A DNA stretch of 32,000 bases, from contig NZ_QLIR01000004.1 in assembly GCF_003428155.1 (NCBI RefSeq), forward strand, positions 60,001 to 92,000, given 5' to 3'. Positions within the stretch are counted from its first letter, which is position 1. Each line of letters begins with the position of its first letter. Positions 23,704 to 32,000 of this stretch are shown here, one piece after another. The notes under the pieces are model-generated. The model saw nothing but the letters and a program-made list of their open reading frames with translations. It was not told where the DNA came from and did not search any database. This DNA comes from Fastidiosibacter lacustris. GTDB lineage: Bacteria; Pseudomonadota; Gammaproteobacteria; Francisellales; Francisellaceae. The translations under genes and the position numbers were made by a program.

Positions 23704-25185
23704 ATGAGTAAAGAATTACTGTTAGTAATTGAAACCGTAGCCAACGAAAAAGAGGTTTCAAGAGATTTGCTTTTTTCAGCAATGGAAGAAGCTTTGGCAA
23801 TGGCGACAAAAAAACGCTTTGAAGAAGGTGCTGAAATCATTGTTAGAATAGATAAAAAAACAGGTAATTATGAAACTTTCCGCCAATGGCAAATCGTTGA
23901 TGAAGATCATGAAATTGAGAATTATGCCGCAGAGCTTTATGTAGATGTGGCATGTGAAAAAGGTCATAATGTTAAAGTTGGTGATATATTAGAAGAAGCT
24001 GTTGAATCAGTTGAATTTGGACGTATTGCTGCAATGACAGCAAAACAGATCATCATGCAGAAAGTGCGTGATGAAGAACGTAGACAAATGGTTTCGAAGT
24101 TCCGTGATAAAGTTGGTAGAATTGTTTACGGTGAAGTTAAACGTGTGACACGTGATTTTTTAATTGTTGATTTGGGTGATGATGCTGAAGGTGTATTACC
24201 ACGTAAAGAGTTGGTATCTAAAGAAAATTATCGTTTAAATGATAAGTTAAGAGCTTGTATTTTAAGGATCGATGAAGATGTCAAGGGTCAACAAATCATT
24301 TTAACACGTGCGCACAAAAAAATGCTACATGCGTTATTGATATTAGAAGTACCTGAAGTAGCAGAAGAACTAATGGATATTGTCGGTATTGCCCGGGATC
24401 CTGGTTCGCGTGCTAAAGTTGCGGTAAAGTCAAATGATAAACGGATTGATCCTGTCGGTGCATGTGTTGGTATGCGTGGTTCACGTATTCAAGCTATTAC
24501 CAATGAGTTGCAAGGTGAGCGAGTGGACATTGTGTTATGGGATGAGAATCCTGCACAATTTGTGATTAACGCATTGGCTCCTGCTGAGGTAACTTCTATT
24601 GTGCAAGATGAAGATAGGCAATCGATGCAAGTAGCAGTCAAAGAAGATCAATTATCACAAGCAATTGGTAAAAGTGGTCAGAATGTGCGCTTAGCAACGG
24701 CATTAACAGGTTGGCATATCAATGTGATTGCCGATACAGTTGCGGAAAAAACACATCAGGCAGAGTTGCAAAAAAGCATGCAATTATTTATCGAAGCACT
24801 TGATATTGATCAAGATGTTGCTGAAGCTTTGGTTGAAGAAGGATTTTCAACATTGGAAGAAGTCGCCTATGTTGCACGCGATGAAATGTTAGCGATAGAG
24901 GGCTTTGATAATGAAATTTGTGAAGAGTTGCAAGAGCGTGCTAAAACCGCGCTTATTTCACAAGCACTTGCCGGCAATAAGCCAGCAGAAGATTTGTTAA
25001 AAATGGAAGGAATGACACCAGAGTGGGCGCAAGTTTTAGCAGATAATAATGTGATCACAATGGAAGACTTAGCAGAGTTGGCAGTAGATGATCTAAGAGA
25101 GTTTATTACTATATCGGAAGATCAGGCTGCAGCTTTGATTATGACTGCACGTGCGCCTTGGTTTGATGAAGATAAGAAAAAGTAG
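23704..25185 (+). CDS. nusA: transcription termination/antitermination factor NusA
   Basis: Preferred start is the ATG at 23704 (MSKELLLVIETVANEKEVSRDLLF, compare E. coli [24 protein letters not shown]), with AAAAGGTGGA upstream. Contains S1 and KH regions (GACVGMRGSRIQAITNEL.GE..DIV.W) and C-terminal acidic repeats. Confidence 0.97.
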   Translation: MSKELLLVIETVANEKEVSRDLLFSAMEEALAMATKKRFEEGAEIIVRIDKKTGNYETFRQWQIVDEDHEIENYAAELYVDVACEKGHNVKVGDILEEAVESVEFGRIAAMTAKQIIMQKVRDEERRQMVSKFRDKVGRIVYGEVKRVTRDFLIVDLGDDAEGVLPRKELVSKENYRLNDKLRACILRIDEDVKGQQIILTRAHKKMLHALLILEVPEVAEELMDIVGIARDPGSRAKVAVKSNDKRIDPVGACVGMRGSRIQAITNELQGERVDIVLWDENPAQFVINALAPAEVTSIVQDEDRQSMQVAVKEDQLSQAIGKSGQNVRLATALTGWHINVIADTVAEKTHQAELQKSMQLFIEALDIDQDVAEALVEEGFSTLEEVAYVARDEMLAIEGFDNEICEELQERAKTALISQALAGNKPAEDLLKMEGMTPEWAQVLADNNVITMEDLAELAVDDLREFITISEDQAAALIMTARAPWFDEDKKK

Positions 25186-25194
25186 GGGGTAGTC

Positions 25195-27933
25195 ATGGCA
25201 GAAATTACAGTGGCTCAGTTAGCCAAGCTAATCAAAATTGATGAAAAAGTGCTGCTAGAAAAATTGGAGCAATCTGGGGTGCACAAAAAAAGTGTAAGCG
25301 ACGTAGTTAGTGATGCAGAAAAAAATCAGTTACTTGTGTTTATTCAAAGCGGCAGTGCAGTTCAAGCCAAATCAGTTACTTTACAACGCAAAACCACCAA
25401 GCAGTTAAAAGTTTCAGGTAATCGCAAGGTGAATATTGAAGTCCGCAAAAAGAAAACATTTGCAGCCCCCACTTTGGATGGGCATGAGTCCCATAAAAGT
25501 AAGCATGATGAGGAGATTGAGTTAGAAAAAGTCACTCAAGATGATCATCAGCCAGATTCAGGGCTTGAAAGTTATGCTGAAACAGCTAAAACTGAGTACC
25601 AAAATATGGATGCTAGTGAAGTGAAATTTGAACACGATGCTGTAGCGCATCAAGTTAAACGGCAAGCTCAAAAAGAAAATAAAGCAAAAGAATCGATTGA
25701 AGATAAGCGACAAGAATTAAAGTCAAGTGTTGAAAAGGCTATTCCTAAACCTAAGATGCCTGCTAAAGTTGATAAAAAAACAGTCATGCCAGGAGCTGCT
25801 GACCAAATTTTCGACGAGGAGTTAGCTACTCTTTTACCCGCTGCTAAAGTAGAGAAAGTAGAAAAACCTAGCAGTGGTGGCTTTAAAATTACATCAAGAC
25901 CAGAGTCCGTTACTCCTATAGTGGAAAATGAGGATGAGTCTAAAGTTAAAACCCCTCCCAAGAAGCAAGTAGAAAAACCTAAACGTAAGCAAAGTGAAGA
26001 AGAGGATGAAGCGGTACACAAGCTAAACAAAAAATCAAAGGTTAGTAAAAAGTCGTCAAGAAGTATTTATGACGAAGAAGAAGACTATGAAACATTTGTA
26101 CGTAAATCCTCTAAACCTAAGAAGTTACAAGTTAATAAAGTCAAAACTCAGCAATTTACAAAACCTGTCGAGAAGGTAACAAAGCAGGTTGTGATTTTTG
26201 AAGGTATGACAGTTAATGAGTTAGCACAAAAGATGGCGGTTAAGGCTGCTGAGCTTATTAAGATACTGTTTAAAATGGGTCTAATGGCAACTATTAATCA
26301 GCCATTAGATCAAGAAACAGCAATCTTCATTGTTGAAGAGTTGGGGCATGAGTATACTTTGCACAAAGGAGACGTGATTGAGGATACTGTGTTAATTGAC
26401 TCATCCGATCAAGAGGCATTACCAAGAGCGCCAGTTGTTACAATCATGGGGCATGTGGATCACGGTAAAACCTCTCTTTTAGACTATATTCGCAAAACAC
26501 GGGTTGCTATTGGCGAAGCAGGTGGCATTACTCAACACATTGGTGCTTATGCAGTAAAAACACTAAAAGGTCAAATTACTTTCTTAGATACACCTGGACA
26601 CGAAGCCTTTACAGCTATGCGTGCACGTGGTGCAAGCAGTACCGATATCGTTATTCTTGTTGTCGCAGCAGATGATGGTGTGATGCCACAGACAAAAGAA
26701 GCAATCCAGCATGCGCGTGCAGCTGGAGTGCCAATCGTTGTAGCCGTTAATAAAATGGATAAACCTGAGGCTGATCCAGATCGTATTAAAACAGAGTTAT
26801 CTCAGTTGGATGTTATTGCTGAAGACTGGGGTGGCGATGTCATGTTTGCCTATGTTTCAGCAAAGTCTGGTCAAGGTATTGATGATTTATTAGATGCGGT
26901 GTTATTGCAAGCTGAAGTGCTTGAACTTAAAGCTGTTCAAAAAGGTTTTGCTAAAGGTATAGTCATTGAGTCACGCTTAGATAAAGGGCATGGTGCAGTT
27001 GCTTCTGTGCTTGTTCAAAGTGGGGAATTAAATCAGGGTGATATTGTGCTTTGTGGAACGGAATATGGTCGCATTCGCATGATGATGAATGATTTAGGGC
27101 AAAAAATTGATCGAGCCACGCCATCGATGCCTGTTGAAATTTTAGGGCTCTCAAACGTGACAAATGCAGGGGATGAGATGGTTGCGGTTAAAGATGAGAA
27201 AACAGCGCGTGAAGTAGCAGAATTTAGGGCTCATAAGAAAAAGGATGAACGTTTAAAACAACAACAAGCAAGCAAACTTTCAAGCTTATTTGATCGCATG
27301 GGCGAGTCCAGTGGCGAACGTCAAACGCTCAATGTAATTGTAAAAGCAGACGTTCAAGGTTCAGTTGAAGCGATTCGAGAATCACTTGTGAAGTTATCAA
27401 ATGATGATATCAAGGTAGAGGTTATTGCTTCAGGCATAGGTGGAATCACGATTTCAGATGTTTCACTTGCAGTTGCTTCACAAGCTGTTTTGTTTGGTTT
27501 TAATGTTCGTGCTGATGCAGTAGCACGAAAGCAAGCTGAGATAGATGGTATTGAGCTTCGTTATTACGGTATCATTTATGATTTGATTGATGATGTGAGG
27601 CAAGCAATGTCTGGGATGTTGTCGCCTGAGCTTCGTGAACAAATCATTGGCATTGCTGAAGTGCGTGATGTCTTTAGGTCATCTAAGTATGGTGCGATTG
27701 CAGGATGTATGGTTGTTGATGGTGTGATTAAGCGCCATAACCCAATTCGTGTGTTGCGTGATCAAGTGGTGATTTATGAAGGCTCTCTTGAGTCGTTAAA
27801 GCGCTTTAAAGATGATGCGTCTGAAGTCAAAAAAGGTTTTGAATGTGGTATTGGTGTTAGAAATTATAATGATGTTAAAGTTGGCGACCAAATCGAAGTA
27901 TTTGAGACAGTTGAAGTCAAAAGAGAGCTTTAA
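25195..27933 (+). CDS. infB: translation initiation factor IF-2
   Basis: 912 aa with a K/E-rich N-terminal region and a G domain ([24 protein letters not shown]). The C-terminal domains are conserved to the end. Confidence 0.97.
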   Translation: MAEITVAQLAKLIKIDEKVLLEKLEQSGVHKKSVSDVVSDAEKNQLLVFIQSGSAVQAKSVTLQRKTTKQLKVSGNRKVNIEVRKKKTFAAPTLDGHESHKSKHDEEIELEKVTQDDHQPDSGLESYAETAKTEYQNMDASEVKFEHDAVAHQVKRQAQKENKAKESIEDKRQELKSSVEKAIPKPKMPAKVDKKTVMPGAADQIFDEELATLLPAAKVEKVEKPSSGGFKITSRPESVTPIVENEDESKVKTPPKKQVEKPKRKQSEEEDEAVHKLNKKSKVSKKSSRSIYDEEEDYETFVRKSSKPKKLQVNKVKTQQFTKPVEKVTKQVVIFEGMTVNELAQKMAVKAAELIKILFKMGLMATINQPLDQETAIFIVEELGHEYTLHKGDVIEDTVLIDSSDQEALPRAPVVTIMGHVDHGKTSLLDYIRKTRVAIGEAGGITQHIGAYAVKTLKGQITFLDTPGHEAFTAMRARGASSTDIVILVVAADDGVMPQTKEAIQHARAAGVPIVVAVNKMDKPEADPDRIKTELSQLDVIAEDWGGDVMFAYVSAKSGQGIDDLLDAVLLQAEVLELKAVQKGFAKGIVIESRLDKGHGAVASVLVQSGELNQGDIVLCGTEYGRIRMMMNDLGQKIDRATPSMPVEILGLSNVTNAGDEMVAVKDEKTAREVAEFRAHKKKDERLKQQQASKLSSLFDRMGESSGERQTLNVIVKADVQGSVEAIRESLVKLSNDDIKVEVIASGIGGITISDVSLAVASQAVLFGFNVRADAVARKQAEIDGIELRYYGIIYDLIDDVRQAMSGMLSPELREQIIGIAEVRDVFRSSKYGAIAGCMVVDGVIKRHNPIRVLRDQVVIYEGSLESLKRFKDDASEVKKGFECGIGVRNYNDVKVGDQIEVFETVEVKREL

Positions 27934-27935
27934 TT

Positions 27936-28373
27936 ATGGCAAGTAGTTCGCGTGTGGCACGTGTCGCTGATGAAATTCAAAAAATTATTGTTTCTCTTTT
28001 GGTGACAAAAGTTAGAGATCCTCGTTTAAAATGGGTTTCAATAACAGCTGTTGACGTTTCCAAAGACTTATCTTATGCCAAGGTTTTTTTCTCATCTTTA
28101 AATAAAGAAGTAAAACCTGAAGATATCGTTAAGGCATTTAAATCAGCAACAGGTTTTTTTCGCACAAGTTTGGCTAAAGAGTTACACTTACGCGTAGCAC
28201 CTGCGCTATGCTTTTTCTATGACGATTCATTGATTTATGGTAACAAAATGAATGAATTGATTGAAAAAGCACGCAAAGAAGATGCTGATTTTATCAAGGA
28301 GGAAGATGATGGTGTGAGGGATGAGAAAAAAACTGATCAGAATGACAGTAGTCCAAGAGAGCGGTTGCGTTAA
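27936..28373 (+). CDS. rbfA: ribosome-binding factor A
   Basis: Starts 2 nt after the infB stop. R.ARVADEIQK.I...L...V.DPRL..V.IT.V.VS.DL..AKV.F is the RbfA signature. Has an acidic C-terminal tail. Confidence 0.9.
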   Translation: MASSSRVARVADEIQKIIVSLLVTKVRDPRLKWVSITAVDVSKDLSYAKVFFSSLNKEVKPEDIVKAFKSATGFFRTSLAKELHLRVAPALCFFYDDSLIYGNKMNELIEKARKEDADFIKEEDDGVRDEKKTDQNDSSPRERLR

Positions 28374-28389
28374 AAGAATATTTTTTCGC

Positions 28390-28418
28390 TTGCACCTTCG
28401 GCTGTCGCTCTATATACT
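28390..28418 (+). promoter_or_regulatory. near-consensus sigma70 promoter upstream of atpI
   Basis: TTGCAC (28390-28395), 17-nt spacer, TATACT (28413-28418), in the 78-nt rbfA-atpI spacer. Confidence 0.45.
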
Positions 28419-28451
28419 TCATGGCGTAAAATTAAGGGATAGAAACAAAAT

Positions 28452-29644
<1,193 letters not shown>

Positions 29645-29663
29645 AGACAAAGCGTTTGTTTAA

Positions 29664-30011
<348 letters not shown>

Positions 30012-30050
30012 TTCAAAATAGGTCCTGAACATATCCACAAAGGAGAACTC

Positions 30051-30521
30051 ATGGATATAAATATTACTCTAATTGGGCAGATGATTACTTTTATCATCTT
30101 TGTCAGCTTTACAATGAAATTCGTTTGGCCACCGCTTAAAAAAGCGATGGATGATCGTAGAGCAAAAATTGCTGACGGTTTGGCTTCAGTTGATCGTGCT
30201 GAAAAAGAGCTAGAAGTTGCTCGTAGAAAAGCAAATGAGTTGGTTAAAGAAGCGAAAGCACAAGCAACGAAAATTATTGAGCAAGCAAATATGCGTGCGA
30301 TAAAAATTGATGAAGAAGCAAAAGAAACAGCAAGGTTTGATGCTGAACGTATTCGCAAAGCAGCACATGATGAAGCAGAGGCTCATATGCGTGCAATGAA
30401 GCAAAAGCTCCGTAAAGAAGTTGTTGGCATCGCTGTTGCAGGTGCTGAAAAACTCATTGGTAAGAACATTGATATGGTCGCCAATAATCACTTATTGGAA
30501 GAGATGGCGGCAGAGCTTTAA
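30051..30521 (+). CDS. atpF: F0F1 ATP synthase subunit b
   Basis: 156 aa with an N-terminal TM ([24 protein letters not shown]) followed by a long charged helix (RRAKIADGL...AEKELE.A). Confidence 0.9.
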   Translation: MDINITLIGQMITFIIFVSFTMKFVWPPLKKAMDDRRAKIADGLASVDRAEKELEVARRKANELVKEAKAQATKIIEQANMRAIKIDEEAKETARFDAERIRKAAHDEAEAHMRAMKQKLRKEVVGIAVAGAEKLIGKNIDMVANNHLLEEMAAEL

Positions 30522-30539
30522 ACAATTAAGAGGTGACAA

Positions 30540-31076
30540 ATGGCAGACTTAATCCCTATTGCAAGACCTTACGCGCAAGCTGCATATGAATATGCTAAGG
30601 CGCATAATTCACTTGCAAAGTGGAACAGCATGCTCTTGAACTTGTCTGAGTGCATAGTGAATGATGAGATTGTATTGCTACTGGATAATCCTGCCTACTC
30701 TCAAAAAGAAGTTTCAACGCTGATATTGGATGTTCTTGCAAGTGGGTTAGACGAGCATGGTAAAAATTTTGTTATGATCGCTGCTGAACATAATCGTTTG
30801 GCGATTATTCCAACCATCTATAATTTGTTTTTGTTATATAAAGCAGAAGATGAAAAGGCAAAGAAAGCAAAGTTTACGACTGCGTTTCCAGTCTTAGAAG
30901 TGGAAATAGAGAAACTAAAAAAGAGGCTTGAGCAAAAATATCAGTGTGCAATTGAGGTAGAAATGGCAGTTGACTCAAGCTTGATTGGTGGCGCCATAAT
31001 TGTAATTGGCGATCAAGTGATCGATGGTTCGATTAAAGGCAAACTGCAAAAGCTGAAGTATGAACTACAAGCTTAA
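30540..31076 (+). CDS. atpH: F0F1 ATP synthase subunit delta
   Basis: 178 aa. N-terminus IARPYAQAAYEYA and C-terminus D.SLIGG.I...GD.VIDGS..G.L..L are typical of delta/OSCP. Position between atpF and atpA. Confidence 0.85.
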   Translation: MADLIPIARPYAQAAYEYAKAHNSLAKWNSMLLNLSECIVNDEIVLLLDNPAYSQKEVSTLILDVLASGLDEHGKNFVMIAAEHNRLAIIPTIYNLFLLYKAEDEKAKKAKFTTAFPVLEVEIEKLKKRLEQKYQCAIEVEMAVDSSLIGGAIIVIGDQVIDGSIKGKLQKLKYELQA

Positions 31077-31101
31077 TAAAAGATTAATAGGAAGATAGTG
31101 T

Positions 31102-32000
31102 ATGCAACTTACTCCAGCAGAAATTAGTGAATTAATAAAAGAACGAATTGCGAAATTTAACAATGCTCCACAGACAAAAACAGAAGGAACAATTGTCTCT
31201 GTTTCAGATGGCATTATTCGCATTCATGGTTTAAATGAAGTTGCCGCAGGCGAAATGATAGAGTTACCAGGAAGTGTTTATGGTTTGGCGCTTAACCTGG
31301 AGCAAGACTCAGTTGGTGCTGTTGTGCTTGGTGACTATGAACATATTCAAGAAGGGCAAAAAGCGTATTGTACAGGTCGTATTTTAGAGGTCCCAGTCGG
31401 TGAAGCACTCTTAGGACGTGTAGTGGACGCGCTTGGCAACCCAATTGATGGTAAAGGTGATATCAAAACAACAGCCACTTCACCTGTTGAAAAAGTTGCT
31501 CCTGGTGTGATTTGGCGTCAATCAGTTGATCAACCAGTGCAAACAGGTATTAAAGCGATTGATGCAATGGTACCAATTGGGCGTGGTCAGCGTGAACTTA
31601 TTATTGGAGATAGACAAACAGGTAAAACAGCTGTTGCAATTGATACTATCATTAATCAAAAAAGTACAGGCGTTAAATGCGTTTATGTAGCGATTGGTCA
31701 AAAAGCCTCTTCTGTTGCAGATGTTGTGCGTAAACTAGAAGAGCATGAGGCACTAGCACATACGATTGTTGTTGCTGCTAATGCTGCAGATTCAGCAGCA
31801 CTTCAATATTTAGCACCATATGCAGGATGCGCAATGGGAGAGTATTTCCGTGATCGTGGTGAAGATGCGCTTATTATTTATGATGATTTAACCAAACAAG
31901 CTTGGGCATATCGTCAAATTTCATTGTTATTGCGTCGTCCACCTGGACGCGAAGCTTATCCAGGGGATGTATTCTATCTACATTCACGTCTATTGGAGCG
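31102..32000 (+). CDS. atpA: F0F1 ATP synthase subunit alpha, 3' end outside window
   Basis: ATG at 31102, [16 protein letters not shown]... Frame is open to the window end. Walker [19 protein letters not shown]. Not in the ORF track because no stop lies inside the window. Confidence 0.95.
   Translation, partial: MQLTPAEISELIKERIAKFNNAPQTKTEGTIVSVSDGIIRIHGLNEVAAGEMIELPGSVYGLALNLEQDSVGAVVLGDYEHIQEGQKAYCTGRILEVPVGEALLGRVVDALGNPIDGKGDIKTTATSPVEKVAPGVIWRQSVDQPVQTGIKAIDAMVPIGRGQRELIIGDRQTGKTAVAIDTIINQKSTGVKCVYVAIGQKASSVADVVRKLEEHEALAHTIVVAANAADSAALQYLAPYAGCAMGEYFRDRGEDALIIYDDLTKQAWAYRQISLLLRRPPGREAYPGDVFYLHSRLLE

Noticed and set aside
25500-26200. Highly charged K/E-rich low-complexity stretch in the IF-2 N-terminal region, and the acidic tail of RbfA (28290-28373).
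   Set aside because: Variable, charged N-terminal domains of IF-2 and short acidic tails on RbfA are common lineage-specific features. There is no indication of anything beyond normal variation.

Overview
AT-rich, Gammaproteobacteria-like chromosomal segment in two parts; all calls rest on reading the six-frame translations and DNA by eye, with no database search. (1) nt 1 to about 19650 looks like an accessory surface-structure or adhesion island. It holds a 5'-truncated orphan ORF and a plus-strand R64/PAPI-1-type type IVb pilus assembly block in the order pilL-N-O-P-Q-R, with no pilin, prepilin peptidase or adhesin gene in the window. A run of eight co-oriented minus-strand genes follows. 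Six form a chaperone-usher fimbrial operon (chaperone, major pilin, usher, two-domain adhesin, two extra pilin-like subunits), and the major pilin gene contains a G10 homopolymer. Downstream of the operon sit two large paralogous secreted/membrane proteins built from Trp-rich ~9-residue repeats, which I cannot assign to any named family. These are the best candidate for something undescribed. The island ends with an Asn/Lys-rich orphan gene and a decayed IS6-family transposase relic that abuts the murJ stop codon. (2) nt 19657-32000 is conserved housekeeping DNA: murJ and asnS on the minus strand, then initiator tRNA-fMet (metY-like) with two attenuator/terminator hairpins, rimP-nusA-infB-rbfA, followed directly by atpI-B-E-F-H-A, with atpA running off the window. 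The usual truB-rpsO-pnp genes are absent after rbfA. No CRISPR array, rRNA, integrase or shufflon was seen.
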